From NCBI GenBank assembly GCA_902566515.1, contig CACFIX010000001.1, positions 32,220 to 96,219 on the forward strand: DNA of 64,000 nucleotides. The letters run 5' to 3'. Source of the DNA: an uncultured Candidatus Actinomarina sp. Lineage in GTDB: Bacteria > Actinomycetota > Acidimicrobiia > Actinomarinales > Actinomarinaceae. Under the pieces are notes generated by a model. The model worked only from the letters and a program-made list of their open reading frames with translations, was not told the origin of the DNA and searched no databases. The position numbers and the translations under genes were made by a program. Positions within the stretch are counted from its first letter, which is position 1; each line of letters starts with the position of its first letter. This document shows, in pieces, positions 41,275-51,925 of this stretch.

Positions 41275-42571
41275 TTTCAAAAAAATCTTCATCATGGGTA
41301 TCGGTGGCTCAGGGATGAGTTCAATTGCAAAATATCTCAAACAAAAAGGCCATCATGTTGATGGTTATGATCAAAGAATTTCTTATATTACTAACCTTTT
41401 AGAAAGTGATGGAGTAAAAACTTGCCAAAACCTTGAAAATTTTAAATATCAAGAAGATGTACTATATATTATCTCATCTGCAATTAACCTTGAGGACACT
41501 TTTCTTGCGAATTATACTAAAAATGAAAATGTAATTTCAAGACCAAAATTTTTGGAATTATTATCTAAAGAAGTAGAAATTCTTGGTGTAACTGGTACTC
41601 ATGGAAAAACTTCTACTACAGCTTTGGTTTCTCATATATTTCATTTTAATAATAAAAATGCATCATTTATTTATGGAGGGGTTAGTGGTTTTGGTAATTT
41701 AGGCGGTCATTTTGGTGAGAAGACACAACCTTTAATACTTGAAACTGATGAAGCATTCAATACATTTAAAAATATAAATATAAAAAATTTAATTGTTACA
41801 AATATAGATAATGATCATATAGATTTCTATGAATCGTACGAGAATTTAATTGATGCATTTAATCATGTTATTAAAAATGTAAAAGGAGTGAAAGTTTTAA
41901 ATTACGATGATGAAAATCTCAGGTTAATAAGTGATAAAAACATTATATCGTATTCAAGAACACAAACGTCAGATTACAAAATTAATCTCCCTAACTCGTT
42001 TGAACATGAAGGTAAGTCTTATGAAGTATCAACAAAGTTAATTGGAGACCATTATCTTTCCAATATTGTAGCTGCAATAGCAATTTGTAATGTTTATGGT
42101 ATCTCGACAGAAGATAGCATAAAAGCTATATCTGAGTTTGGAGGAGTTAAAAGAAGAATGGAGTATATAGGAACTTATAACAAAACGAAATTCTACGATG
42201 ATTACGGACATCATCCAACAGAAATGAAGGCAACCATTAGTGCTTTAAAAAGCATAACAAAAGGGAAGTTGTATGTTATTTTTCAACCTCACCGCTACAC
42301 AAGAACACGTGATAATTTTGAAGCATTTAAGAACAGTTTGAAGGTTGCTGACACACCGATAGTTACAGATATTTACTCAGCTGGGGAAGAGCCAATACCT
42401 GGTGTTTCAAGCAAAAATTTTTCAAACAGTAAAATTAAATATATTAAATCGATTCGATCAGTACCAATTTTTATTAAAAGTAATATTAAACCTGGAGATA
42501 ATGTCTTAACTCTTGGAGCGGGAGACATTACCTTATTAGGTCCACAGATACTAAAATATTTAAATGATTAA
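41258..42571 (+). CDS. murC: UDP-MurNAc:L-Ala ligase
   Basis: IFIMGIGGSGMSSIA N-terminal motif, GVTGTHGKTSTT P-loop. Confidence 0.85.
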   Translation: MNLLSSFKKIFIMGIGGSGMSSIAKYLKQKGHHVDGYDQRISYITNLLESDGVKTCQNLENFKYQEDVLYIISSAINLEDTFLANYTKNENVISRPKFLELLSKEVEILGVTGTHGKTSTTALVSHIFHFNNKNASFIYGGVSGFGNLGGHFGEKTQPLILETDEAFNTFKNINIKNLIVTNIDNDHIDFYESYENLIDAFNHVIKNVKGVKVLNYDDENLRLISDKNIISYSRTQTSDYKINLPNSFEHEGKSYEVSTKLIGDHYLSNIVAAIAICNVYGISTEDSIKAISEFGGVKRRMEYIGTYNKTKFYDDYGHHPTEMKATISALKSITKGKLYVIFQPHRYTRTRDNFEAFKNSLKVADTPIVTDIYSAGEEPIPGVSSKNFSNSKIKYIKSIRSVPIFIKSNIKPGDNVLTLGAGDITLLGPQILKYLND

Positions 42572-43421
42572 TCAAAAAGTTCTATTAAAAAATGAAACAA
42601 CTTATCGTTTTGGAGGTATGTGTAAGAACTTCTTTTTACTTGATGATAAAAAAGACTTGGATAATTTTGATGAATATGACATTTTTGATGAATATTTTAT
42701 TCTAGGAAAAGGGTCAAATATTGCATTCTCAGAAAATGAATTTGATGGAGCTGTAATTCAATCAAAAATTAACTATATAAATTTTGATAACAAAACAAAT
42801 AAACTTGAATTAGGTTCAGGAACTTATTTACCAGATCTTTCTAGGTTTTTAAAATCCAAAAATTTAAGTGATGGGGAATTTCTTTTAGGCATACCTGGAA
42901 CAGTTGGGGGAGCTTTATCTATGAATGCTGGTTGCTATGGATATGAATTTTTAGATTATGTAGAGTCTTTTGAATATTTTGATATAAAAAGTAAAAAAAT
43001 TAAAACAATTAACAAATCTCAAATAAATTATGGTTATAGATTTACAGACATTGATGATTCAATAATCTTGTCAGTCACAATGATATTTCCTGATGGAGAT
43101 CCAGAAAAAATTAGTAAGAATATGAAAGAATTTACAAATCATAGAAAAAATACCCAGCCCTCTGCTTTGTATAACGCTGGTAGCGTATTTAAAAACGGTG
43201 AAGATTATTACGCTGCTGAATTAATTGAAAATGCTGGTCTTAAGGGGTATAAGATAGATGGCGTTAGGGTGAGTGAAAAGCATTCTAATTTTTTTATTGC
43301 TGATAAAGATGCTAAATCATCAGCCTTGTATAAATTGGTTAATTTTGTAAAAGATAGTATTTTTGAAAAATTTGATGTGATGCTTCAAGAAGAGATTATA
43401 TTTGTTGGAGATTTTTCTTGA
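42564..43421 (+). CDS. murB: UDP-N-acetylenolpyruvoylglucosamine reductase
   Basis: FAD-binding domain YRFGG...GKGSNI; Ser/Arg catalytic region. Confidence 0.75.
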   Translation: MINQKVLLKNETTYRFGGMCKNFFLLDDKKDLDNFDEYDIFDEYFILGKGSNIAFSENEFDGAVIQSKINYINFDNKTNKLELGSGTYLPDLSRFLKSKNLSDGEFLLGIPGTVGGALSMNAGCYGYEFLDYVESFEYFDIKSKKIKTINKSQINYGYRFTDIDDSIILSVTMIFPDGDPEKISKNMKEFTNHRKNTQPSALYNAGSVFKNGEDYYAAELIENAGLKGYKIDGVRVSEKHSNFFIADKDAKSSALYKLVNFVKDSIFEKFDVMLQEEIIFVGDFS

Positions 43422-44119
43422 TAAAAGGAAATATCGATATAGAAAAAACTAGTTTTAGAACTTTTTTAGTATTTTCCTTTTTCTTATTGGTAATACTCCT
43501 TACTTCATACCTTATATTTTCTACTAAATACTTGGTTAGAAATATAGAATTTTCTCCAAAATACCAAGTTGACAGTTCTTTTTTAGAAACACTGTATGGT
43601 GAATCTATATGGACATTGGATGAAACCTCGGTCGAGAGTCTTTACAGCGCAGATCCTACAATAGAAAAAATTGAACTAACTAAAATCTTGCCATCTAAAT
43701 TAGAAATTAAACTTAAGCTTTATGAACAAGTAGCTGAAATTTCTGACTTAAGGGGATCTCAGCCTAAACTATTTGTTTTGTATAAAAACTTATACGTTAC
43801 AGAATCTATTGGTGAGTCTAAAAACACATTATCAGTGACAATTGTAAATGGACCTGTTGATAACGGATTCAATGGAGAAATAGTAGCACTTTTTATGACT
43901 TTAAGTAACTTTGATGATATTAATACGGGTTCTCTAAAACTAACTCACCTAGGTACCAGTGTCATAGGTTACTACAAAGACATTGAGATACTTTTTGGTA
44001 ATCCGATTGACCTGGCCACTAAAGCCGCTGCAGTAGGAGAGCTCTTATCAGACGGTTCTTGTCAAGGGACTGTAAGATTTGTATCAACAAGCTCATTTGT
44101 AACTGATTGTAATATCTAA
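43418..44119 (+). CDS. ftsQ: Cell division protein FtsQ/DivIB
   Basis: Bitopic topology (N-terminal TM) plus POTRA-like region; position before ftsZ. Confidence 0.6.
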   Translation: MIKGNIDIEKTSFRTFLVFSFFLLVILLTSYLIFSTKYLVRNIEFSPKYQVDSSFLETLYGESIWTLDETSVESLYSADPTIEKIELTKILPSKLEIKLKLYEQVAEISDLRGSQPKLFVLYKNLYVTESIGESKNTLSVTIVNGPVDNGFNGEIVALFMTLSNFDDINTGSLKLTHLGTSVIGYYKDIEILFGNPIDLATKAAAVGELLSDGSCQGTVRFVSTSSFVTDCNI

Positions 44120-44209
44120 ACCTAAAGTATAGGTATAGATAAAAAAGTAAAAAATATATTGTTTATATTTATATATGATGATAATCTAGTTTCATTAATT
44201 GGAGATTTT

Positions 44210-45277
44210 ATGGCACAAAAAAGTAAAAAAACAAATCAAAAGGGAGTGAATCTTAATATGAGACCAAGAAATTATACAGCTGTAATAAAAGTTGTTGGTG
44301 TTGGTGGTGGAGGAACCAATGCTGTTAATAGAATGATCAAGATGGGTATTAAGGGTGTAGATTTTATTGCTGCAAATACAGATGCTCAAAGTTTACTTGG
44401 TTCAAAGGCTGACGTTAAATTAGACCTTGGTAGAAAAACAACAAGAGGACTTGGTGCTGGTGCTAATCCAGAAGTAGGAAGGCAAGCAGCACTGGATTCT
44501 GCAGATTTAATTAAAGAAGCGTTAAAAGGATCAGACATGGTATTTATTACAGCAGGTGAAGGTGGAGGTACTGGAACAGGTGCTTCACCAGTTATTGCTG
44601 AAATAGCTCATGAGCTGGGCGCATTGACTGTAGGTGTAGTTACTAGACCTTTTGGCTTTGAAGGAAGAAGAAGATCTGTTCAAGCAGAAGAAGGCGTTCA
44701 AGCTTTAAGAGATGTGCTTGATACTTTGATAGTTATACCTAATGATAGACTTCTACAAATTAGTGATAACAATGTAAAAGTAAATGAAGCCTATTTAAAA
44801 TCAGATGAGATTTTATCAAATGGTGTAAAGGGAATTTCAGGATTAATTACACAACCAGGTGTGATTAATGTTGACTTTGCAGATGTAAAAACTATTTTGA
44901 AAGATGCAGGCAGTGCCGTACTTGGAATAGGTAGATCAACTGGTGAGCAACGAGCACCAAATGCTGCACAAGCCGCCATATCTTCACCGCTACTCGAAGC
45001 AAATATGGACGGAGCAGAGGGTGTATTAATAACTATTACAGGTTCTGCAGACCTAAAACTTCAAGAAGTTGATGAAGCAGCAAGAGTTATTACAGAACGT
45101 GCTGATGACAACGCTGAAATCATCTTCGGTCACATTGTAGATGAATCTCTTGGTGATGCTGTAGAAGTTACAGTTGTTGCTGCTGGATTTGGTCCAAGAC
45201 CAAATAGAAGAATAAAGAATGATTCAGAGCAAATTGATAATGGAGGTGACGGTCTTCCTGATTTCATTAAGGGATGA
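44210..45277 (+). CDS. ftsZ: Cell division GTPase FtsZ
   Basis: [10 protein letters not shown] tubulin signature; start moved to the ATG preceded by GGAG (track ORF begins 51 nt earlier). Confidence 0.95.
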   Translation: MAQKSKKTNQKGVNLNMRPRNYTAVIKVVGVGGGGTNAVNRMIKMGIKGVDFIAANTDAQSLLGSKADVKLDLGRKTTRGLGAGANPEVGRQAALDSADLIKEALKGSDMVFITAGEGGGTGTGASPVIAEIAHELGALTVGVVTRPFGFEGRRRSVQAEEGVQALRDVLDTLIVIPNDRLLQISDNNVKVNEAYLKSDEILSNGVKGISGLITQPGVINVDFADVKTILKDAGSAVLGIGRSTGEQRAPNAAQAAISSPLLEANMDGAEGVLITITGSADLKLQEVDEAARVITERADDNAEIIFGHIVDESLGDAVEVTVVAAGFGPRPNRRIKNDSEQIDNGGDGLPDFIKG

Positions 45278-45864
45278 TTCGCTCTCAAAATTTAAATAAC
45301 GCTTTCTTCTCATCGGCAAATGATGGAAGTTTAGAAGAAATTTTAGAAAACATTGGTTTTCAAAATCAAGTTGCAACAATGGATCAAACTCATTCATCTA
45401 AAATTGCGTTTGCTTACTCAAATATTTCTTATAAATGTGATGGTATTTACACAAATAAAATTAAATTACCATTGGTCGTAAAAACTGCTGATTGTGTTCC
45501 TCTTTTAATGGAATCAAACAAAGGAGTTTCTGCAACCCATGTCGGCTGGAGGGGTTTAGAAAAATCAATATTTGAAAAAAGTTTAGATATACATGAAATA
45601 TCTAGTTTAAAAATTTCAATAGGGCCACATGCTAGAAAATGTTGTTATGAAGTTGGAGTTGAGTTTCTAAAGACATTTGATAATTCAATCGATAAAGTTA
45701 ATGATAAATATTATCTAGATTTAACAAAAAAAATTAAAAAATTTGCATTTGAAAATAATATAAATTTAGAGGATATGGATGTATGTACTATTTGTAATAA
45801 TGAATATTTTTCATACAGAAAAAACAAGACAAATGAGAGACAATTTAGTTTCATATGGATATAG
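45274..45864 (+). CDS. pgeF: PgeF/YfiH-family purine nucleoside phosphorylase (laccase-domain protein)
   Basis: TADCVPLL and HVGWRGL motifs. Confidence 0.75.
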   Translation: MIRSQNLNNAFFSSANDGSLEEILENIGFQNQVATMDQTHSSKIAFAYSNISYKCDGIYTNKIKLPLVVKTADCVPLLMESNKGVSATHVGWRGLEKSIFEKSLDIHEISSLKISIGPHARKCCYEVGVEFLKTFDNSIDKVNDKYYLDLTKKIKKFAFENNINLEDMDVCTICNNEYFSYRKNKTNERQFSFIWI

Positions 45865-46472
45865 AAAAAAATTTAAACAGTATTTCTAAAAAGTTATCAA
45901 ACTATGACGCAAAACTAATCCCAGTTATTAAAAATAGAACTGTTGAGGAAGTGAAAAAGGTTTATGACTGTGGTTTTAGAGAATTTGGCGAAAATAGGCT
46001 TGAAGATTATTATTTGCATTCAGAAAAATTTAATGATGCTATCTTTCACTTTATTGCTCCTCTACAATCTAGAAAAATTAGGAGTATTTTTGAAAATTTT
46101 GAATTTGTTCATACTGTAAGTCGTTACAAAGAGATAGATTTGATTTCGAAATTAAATAACAAAAGAGAAGTTTTTCTTCAAGTAAATATTGATAATGATA
46201 AAAATAAGTCAGGTATAATTCCTGATTTAATTTTTGAGTATTTTGAATACTCAAAAGATAGAATAAATTTACCAATTGGCCTTATGTGTATTCCAAATAT
46301 TCAATCAGATCCAAAAATAGTATTTTCAAAAATGCAAAAAATTAACACTGAGTTAAAAAATATATATAGTGATTACAAAGGAGAGCTTTCAATGGGAATG
46401 TCAGAAGACTATGAAATAGCTCTAGATTATGGTGCTACTATAGTTCGAGTAGGAAGTAAAATATTTAAATAA
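45855..46472 (+). CDS. yggS: YggS-family pyridoxal-phosphate homeostasis protein
   Basis: Alanine-racemase N-terminal-like TIM barrel; HFIAPLQSRKI. Confidence 0.7.
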   Translation: MDIEKNLNSISKKLSNYDAKLIPVIKNRTVEEVKKVYDCGFREFGENRLEDYYLHSEKFNDAIFHFIAPLQSRKIRSIFENFEFVHTVSRYKEIDLISKLNNKREVFLQVNIDNDKNKSGIIPDLIFEYFEYSKDRINLPIGLMCIPNIQSDPKIVFSKMQKINTELKNIYSDYKGELSMGMSEDYEIALDYGATIVRVGSKIFK

Positions 46473-46909
46473 TGTTAGAAAAATTTTTGATTTCGATTGG
46501 TTTAAAGCAACCTGAATCTATTCCAGAATCATATACTGAAACTACTACAACAGTTAGACCGTCGGGTGAAAATAGATTTATTGATAATGAAAATATTTCA
46601 GATGTTAGAATTCATTCACCTAAAGACGAAGTAGAAATTAAAGCTCTTAGATCGTTTAATGAAATACATAATTTAGGTGTTGCAATTAAGGATGAATTTA
46701 TTGTGGCAATGGATATAAGAGACATTCCAGATCAAGGAGAAAGAAGAAGAATTCTTGATTTTGTAACCGGTATGGCTTTCATGAGTAATGCAACTATTAG
46801 GTCTATAAATAGAGATGGCGTATTTCTAATACTTCCCACAAATTCATCACTTTCAACTGAAGAACGGGAAAGACTCCAACAACTCGGTTTGTATAAATTA
46901 AATGTGTAG
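46472..46909 (+). CDS. sepF: Cell division protein SepF
   Basis: C-terminal SepF domain ...VAMDIRDIPDQGERRRILDFVTGMAFMSNATI... Confidence 0.8.
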   Translation: MLEKFLISIGLKQPESIPESYTETTTTVRPSGENRFIDNENISDVRIHSPKDEVEIKALRSFNEIHNLGVAIKDEFIVAMDIRDIPDQGERRRILDFVTGMAFMSNATIRSINRDGVFLILPTNSSLSTEERERLQQLGLYKLNV

Positions 46910-47168
46910 TATTACATTTCTTTTTTTTAGAGTATTTTATTACAGTTTGTTTGCCTGGATAATATTAAGTTGGATTCAAGTTCCATATGATCATCCTATT
47001 GGACAAATAAAAAGTTTCTTAGATAAATATTTTGAAAAAATACTTTATCCAATACGTAGCAGGATTCCAGCCCTAAGAATAGGAATGGCTGGTATTGATT
47101 TGTCACCATTGATTTTAATTTTTGGAATTAATTTCCTTCAGCCGTATATTTTAAGAATTGTTTGTTAA
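46902..47168 (+). CDS. yggT: YggT-family membrane protein
   Basis: 88 aa, 2 TM, YYSLFAWIILSWIQ. Confidence 0.7.
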   Translation: MCSITFLFFRVFYYSLFAWIILSWIQVPYDHPIGQIKSFLDKYFEKILYPIRSRIPALRIGMAGIDLSPLILIFGINFLQPYILRIVC

Positions 47169-50100
47169 CTTTTTAATATCTAAGGAAACATTTTTATCAA
47201 AAATTAAATCTTGTGTTTCTTCTTCTATAAAGTTAAGTTCAACCGCTAATGTTTCATTTTTCACATAATCATCGTGAATATTTAAAGATTCCTTAACAAA
47301 ACTATCATTTGAAGTAATAGTTAATTTAATTCTATCAACTACATCTAAGCCAGAATCCTTCCTTAGTTTCTGAATTGAAGACACAAGCTCTCTTGAGAAT
47401 CTCTCCATGATTAAATTTTCATCTAATGAAGTATCAAGAAACAAAGAGAAATCATCGACGATATCTTGGTTTTTGGTGTCTTCTTTTTTGTTTAAAATAA
47501 TGTCAATTTCACCTGACGAAACTTTTATATCATCAATAACAACTCCATTTCCTTGAAGAATATCATTACTAATGTTTTCGTCGACATTTTTTAGATACTC
47601 GCTAAGAACATTTATTTGTTCTCCTAACTTAGGTCCAAGTGCTTTAAAATTAGGTTTAAATTCATAATTTATCCAATTATCTACATCAAAATCAAAAAGT
47701 ACTTCTTTAACATTCACTTCATTCTTAATCAAGTCACTTATGACTTTGAGTTTCTCTTCAATTTCTTTATCTTTAGTAATTATTTTTACAGAATTCAGCG
47801 GTTGTTTGTTTGGAAGTTTTAATTTTACTCTCAAATTCCTTACGCTTTTTATAACTTTTTTTGCAAGTTCAATATTATCTTCTAATTCTTTATCAATTAA
47901 ATTTTCATCTGCTTCTGGATAGTCACAGTAATGAATACTTACATTATTTTCTTCAATTAATCCTTGATAAATTTTCTCACAAATAAATGGTAAAACAGGT
48001 GCCATCGATTTTGAGAACTCTAAAAGCACTTCGTGAAGAGTTTTAAAAGCATTTATTTTATCTATATCATTTTCATCTTTTTCTTTCCAGAATCTTTTTC
48101 TGTTAGATCGAACATACCAATTTGTTAATTCGTCGACAAAATTCATTAACGGAGGAATAACTTCATAGAGATAATAATTTTCCATTTTTTCGTTAACGGT
48201 TTTGATCAATGATTGCATTGATGAGATTATCCATCGATCCATCATTGGACGATCTTCTACTGGAGATGCTTTTTTAAGAACTTCAAAAGTAATGTCATCA
48301 GCATTTGCGTATGTTGAAAAAAATGAAAATGAATTCCACAAGGGAAGAATGATGTTTCTTGTAACTAACTTAACACCCTCTTCAGAAAATTTTAAAGGTT
48401 CTCCTCTTACAACAGGGGAATTTATTAAGTAAGCTCTTAAACTGTCTCCACCATAGCTATTTAACAACTCTTCTGGATCTGGGTAGTTTTTTAGACTTTT
48501 GCTCATTTTTCTTCCATCTTCAGCAAGAATCATGCCAGTAGTTATACAGTTTTTAAACGCTACAGAATCAAATAATGCAACAGCAAGCACAGTCAATGTA
48601 TAAAACCATCCTCTTGTTTGGTCTAGGCCCTCTGCGATAAAATCTGCTGGAAATCCATCAAAGAAATCCTCTTCATTTTCAAAAGGGTAATGTTGTTGAC
48701 CATATGGCATTGCTCCGGATTCAAACCAGCAGTCCAGTACTTCCGATGTTCTTTTGTATGTTTTTCCATCAATTTCAATATCTAAATCGTCTAAAAAGTG
48801 TCTATGTAAATCAGTAATTTTCTGTCCTGATAATTTTTCTAATTCTTCAACGGAACCAATACAAAGCATATCTTCTGGGTTATCAGTATTTATCCAAACC
48901 GGTATGCAGCTTCCCCAATACCTATTTCGACTAATTGCCCAGTCTCTAGCATTTCCAAGCCAGTTAGAGAATCGTTTTTCACCAATAAAACCAGGAACCC
49001 AATGAGTAGACTGATTTAGTTCAACCATTCTATCTCTAATTTTTTCGACATTCACAAACCATGTTGGTATAGCTTTGTATATCAATGGCGTTCCAGTTCT
49101 CCAGCAAAAAGGATAAGAGTGCATCTCAGTTGTTTTGGAAAATAAATTACCTCTTTCCTCTAGCTGGTCCATAATTAATTTGTCCGCATCCTTTACATTT
49201 AATCCATCTAATTCTTTAAAGGTACTGTCAAACTTACCTGAGAGAGTTACTGGATCTGCGATTACATCTATACTTGCATTTTTTAAGGCATAAAAATCAC
49301 TTTCCCCATATGCAGGTGCTTGAGAGACTAGACCAGATCCAGATTCAGTATTTGTATCATCGCTGTGGATTATACGAAAAGCACCATCTTTGAATAAGTG
49401 CTCATATTCGGAATAAGCAGGTATATATGTTGCTCCTATTAAATCTTCACCAATAGAGGTCTCTAGAACCTCTATTTCATAATCACTCATTTCAAACAAT
49501 CTATCTGAAGCTATCCAATAAAAGTTGTTTTTAATTGAGATTCTTGAATATTCGATTTCTTTTCCTATGGCAATTGCTAAATTTCCAGGGATACACCATG
49601 GTGTAGTGGTCCAAACCAAGAATTTATCACCTTTTACTACTTTCTTATAATCATCCCTTGCGTCAAGAGTAAAATAGATTGAAGGATCTTCAACATCTCT
49701 GTAGTCCATATTTGCCTCAAAGTTTGAGAGAGGTGTTGAAGCTGCCCATGAGTAGGGTAGTACTTTATAATCTTGATAAATTAAATCTTTAGACCACAAT
49801 TCTTTAAATACCCACCAAACACTTTCCATAAATTCAATATCCATAGTTTTGTAGTCGTTTTCAAAATCAACCCATCTACCAATTTTTCTTGTAATTTTTT
49901 CCCAATTTTCAGTATTTGTTTGGACTTGTGATCTACAAGCTTCATTAAATTTATCTATGCCATAATCATCAATTTGTTGTGGGTCATCTAAATTTAATTT
50001 CTTTTGAACTTCCATTTCAATTGGAAGACCATGGACATCCCAACCAAACCTTCTTTCTACGTAAAAACCACGCATTGTCCAATATCTTGGAACTATATCT

Positions 50101-50294
50101 TTTATTACTCCAGCTAGAAGATTTCCATAGTGAGGACTTCCAGTTGGAAACGGAGGACCATCATAAAATCTAAAAGTTTTATCATTTTTGCGATTTTCAA
50201 CAGATGTTTCAAACGCATTTATCTTGTCCCAATATGCAGATATTTCTGATTCCACAGAAGGAAGATCTATATTTGCATTTACTTTTTTAAACAT
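47151..50294 (-). CDS. ileS: Isoleucine--tRNA ligase (type 2, eukaryote/actinobacteria-like)
   Basis: HIGH-region PFPTGSPHYGNLLAG, KMSKS, 1047 aa. Confidence 0.95.
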   Translation of the reverse strand: MFKKVNANIDLPSVESEISAYWDKINAFETSVENRKNDKTFRFYDGPPFPTGSPHYGNLLAGVIKDIVPRYWTMRGFYVERRFGWDVHGLPIEMEVQKKLNLDDPQQIDDYGIDKFNEACRSQVQTNTENWEKITRKIGRWVDFENDYKTMDIEFMESVWWVFKELWSKDLIYQDYKVLPYSWAASTPLSNFEANMDYRDVEDPSIYFTLDARDDYKKVVKGDKFLVWTTTPWCIPGNLAIAIGKEIEYSRISIKNNFYWIASDRLFEMSDYEIEVLETSIGEDLIGATYIPAYSEYEHLFKDGAFRIIHSDDTNTESGSGLVSQAPAYGESDFYALKNASIDVIADPVTLSGKFDSTFKELDGLNVKDADKLIMDQLEERGNLFSKTTEMHSYPFCWRTGTPLIYKAIPTWFVNVEKIRDRMVELNQSTHWVPGFIGEKRFSNWLGNARDWAISRNRYWGSCIPVWINTDNPEDMLCIGSVEELEKLSGQKITDLHRHFLDDLDIEIDGKTYKRTSEVLDCWFESGAMPYGQQHYPFENEEDFFDGFPADFIAEGLDQTRGWFYTLTVLAVALFDSVAFKNCITTGMILAEDGRKMSKSLKNYPDPEELLNSYGGDSLRAYLINSPVVRGEPLKFSEEGVKLVTRNIILPLWNSFSFFSTYANADDITFEVLKKASPVEDRPMMDRWIISSMQSLIKTVNEKMENYYLYEVIPPLMNFVDELTNWYVRSNRKRFWKEKDENDIDKINAFKTLHEVLLEFSKSMAPVLPFICEKIYQGLIEENNVSIHYCDYPEADENLIDKELEDNIELAKKVIKSVRNLRVKLKLPNKQPLNSVKIITKDKEIEEKLKVISDLIKNEVNVKEVLFDFDVDNWINYEFKPNFKALGPKLGEQINVLSEYLKNVDENISNDILQGNGVVIDDIKVSSGEIDIILNKKEDTKNQDIVDDFSLFLDTSLDENLIMERFSRELVSSIQKLRKDSGLDVVDRIKLTITSNDSFVKESLNIHDDYVKNETLAVELNFIEEETQDLIFDKNVSLDIKKLTNNS

Positions 50295-50413
50295 ATCTTA
50301 GAATTTTAAAGGGTTTCTCTTACAATTTGTGTAAATATTGAAGTTTTAAAAAAATATAAAAATCTTTGATTTATTTTAAAAATGGCTAATATACGTTCAA
50401 CAATAAAAAGAAC

Positions 50414-50791
50414 ATGGCTAGAAAACTTTCACCAAATACAATTAATAAGTTCAAAAAAAAACTTGAAGCTGAAAAAGAACAGCTTTCATCTATGTTAGAG
50501 TTACATCAGCAAGAAAGGGAAAAAATAAGGCTTTCTGAAGCTTCAGCTGAAAGAAGTCCTGATCCAACATCTGCCGATGGAGGATCTATGGCATTTGAAC
50601 TTGAAAAAGAGCTTACACTGGATGAAAACACTAAACATTTACTTAACCAGGTAGAGCAAGCTCTTGTTTTAATTAAAAAGAAAAAATATGGGAACTGTGA
50701 GAATTGTGGAGAACCGATCCCTGTTGCCAGACTTGAAGCAATTCCTTACTCAACTATTTGCAAAAATTGTGCTGAGTTAATTGAATCTTAG
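50414..50791 (+). CDS. TraR/DksA-family C4 zinc-finger protein
   Basis: CENCGEPIP...CKNC C4 finger after a coiled-coil region; upstream of lspA as in actinobacteria. Confidence 0.65.
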   Translation: MARKLSPNTINKFKKKLEAEKEQLSSMLELHQQEREKIRLSEASAERSPDPTSADGGSMAFELEKELTLDENTKHLLNQVEQALVLIKKKKYGNCENCGEPIPVARLEAIPYSTICKNCAELIES

Positions 50792-51239
50792 TAAGAAAAT
50801 ACTTCCGTATCTTTTTGCAGTTATTTTTGCTTCATTAGATTTAATAACAAAATACCTTATCCGAATTAATAACATACAAGAACAAATAATTATTGATAAT
50901 TTCTTAACTATAGATCTTACATATAATACAGGAATTGCATTTGGTCTTTTTAGCGAATATACATTAATAACATTTGTATTTTCAATTTTTGTTTTTACTT
51001 GGTTAATTTTTCAATTTAGAGAAGTTAAAAATGGAACAATTGAGTTTTATTCACTAACACTTATTCTTGCTGGGGCAATAGGAAACTTAGGCGAAAGAGG
51101 CTGGAATCTAGTTTTCAATAATAACGGTAGAGTAACAGATTTTGTTGAACTTCTGTTTATACCAAGCTTTAATTTAGCTGATACTTATATTTCTTTTGGA
51201 ATCGTTTTGCTTTTATACTCGGAGATTAAAAATAAATAA
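50781..51239 (+). CDS. lspA: Lipoprotein signal peptidase II
   Basis: NTGIAFG and FNLADTYISFG motifs, 4 TM. Confidence 0.85.
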   Translation: MNLSKKILPYLFAVIFASLDLITKYLIRINNIQEQIIIDNFLTIDLTYNTGIAFGLFSEYTLITFVFSIFVFTWLIFQFREVKNGTIEFYSLTLILAGAIGNLGERGWNLVFNNNGRVTDFVELLFIPSFNLADTYISFGIVLLLYSEIKNK

Positions 51240-51897
51240 TATTGAGATAGTTTTTAAGAGTGACCAATTTTTGGTTTTAAACAAACCATACGGAATGTTG
51301 TCACATCCAACAAGCCATTCTAAAGAAATTACAATTAGAGACTTTTTGATTAATGAATTTAACTTACCAATTAAAAATGATAATCAAAGAGAGGGAATTG
51401 TTCATAGGTTAGATAGAGTAACTTCTGGATTGATGGTCTGTGTTTTGGATGAGAATATTTTTGCATACTTTCAATCTCAATTTAAAAACAGATTAATTAA
51501 TAAAAAGTACAGAGCAATAGTAGAAGGTTGTCCAAATACAAAAAGTGGTGAAATTAATCTTCCCCTTGCAAAATCAAAAAAAAATAGAAAAAAAAGAGAA
51601 GTTAATAAAACTGGAAGAGAAGCTATAACAAAATTTAAAATAATAAACAGAACTGAAGAGAAAGCTCTTTTAGAATTAGACCTAGTTACTGGTCGTAATC
51701 ATCAAATTAGAGCACATTTAGAGCATTTAAAAACCCCAATTGTAAATGATCAACTTTATGGCGCAAAAAGGGACAAGAATGTACCGGAGAATGCAATCTG
51801 CTTACAATCATACTATTTGGGCTTCACTGTAAATAATGAAGATTATGAATTTGAAATTGATATGCCTGATTATTTTAGTTCAATAATGAACATGTAA
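51196..51897 (+). CDS. RluA-family pseudouridine synthase
   Basis: LVLNKPYGMLSHP, HRLDRVTSGLMV (catalytic Asp); TTG start in the track overlaps lspA by 44 nt, true start may be near 51241. Confidence 0.75.
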   Translation: MESFCFYTRRLKINNIEIVFKSDQFLVLNKPYGMLSHPTSHSKEITIRDFLINEFNLPIKNDNQREGIVHRLDRVTSGLMVCVLDENIFAYFQSQFKNRLINKKYRAIVEGCPNTKSGEINLPLAKSKKNRKKREVNKTGREAITKFKIINRTEEKALLELDLVTGRNHQIRAHLEHLKTPIVNDQLYGAKRDKNVPENAICLQSYYLGFTVNNEDYEFEIDMPDYFSSIMNM

Positions 51898-51925
51898 TTT
51901 CTAAAAAAAACTTTACAATAAATTT

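Noticed and set aside
35529-42571. Possibility that one of the three Mur-ligase ORFs is murF rather than murE/murD/murC
   Set aside because: 35529..36923 carries the DNPR motif of MurE; 37982..39175 has the MurD-type N-terminal Rossmann domain; 41258..42571 has the MurC N-terminal GIGGxGMS motif; none looks like MurF
44159-44209. N-terminal extension of ftsZ ([17 protein letters not shown])
   Set aside because: An internal ATG at 44210 is preceded by a GGAG Shine-Dalgarno and gives the canonical FtsZ N-terminus; the extension is not supported
50295-50413. Possible T-box leader upstream of ileS
   Set aside because: Only 119 nt separate ileS from the divergent dksA-like gene, and no specifier/T-box consensus (AATTAGGGTGGNACCGCG) is present; too short for a T-box riboswitch
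51196-51240. 44-nt overlap of rluA-family ORF with lspA
   Set aside because: Probably an over-extended start call (TTG at 51196); the conserved domain begins near 51241, so the overlap is likely an annotation artefact and not a programmed feature
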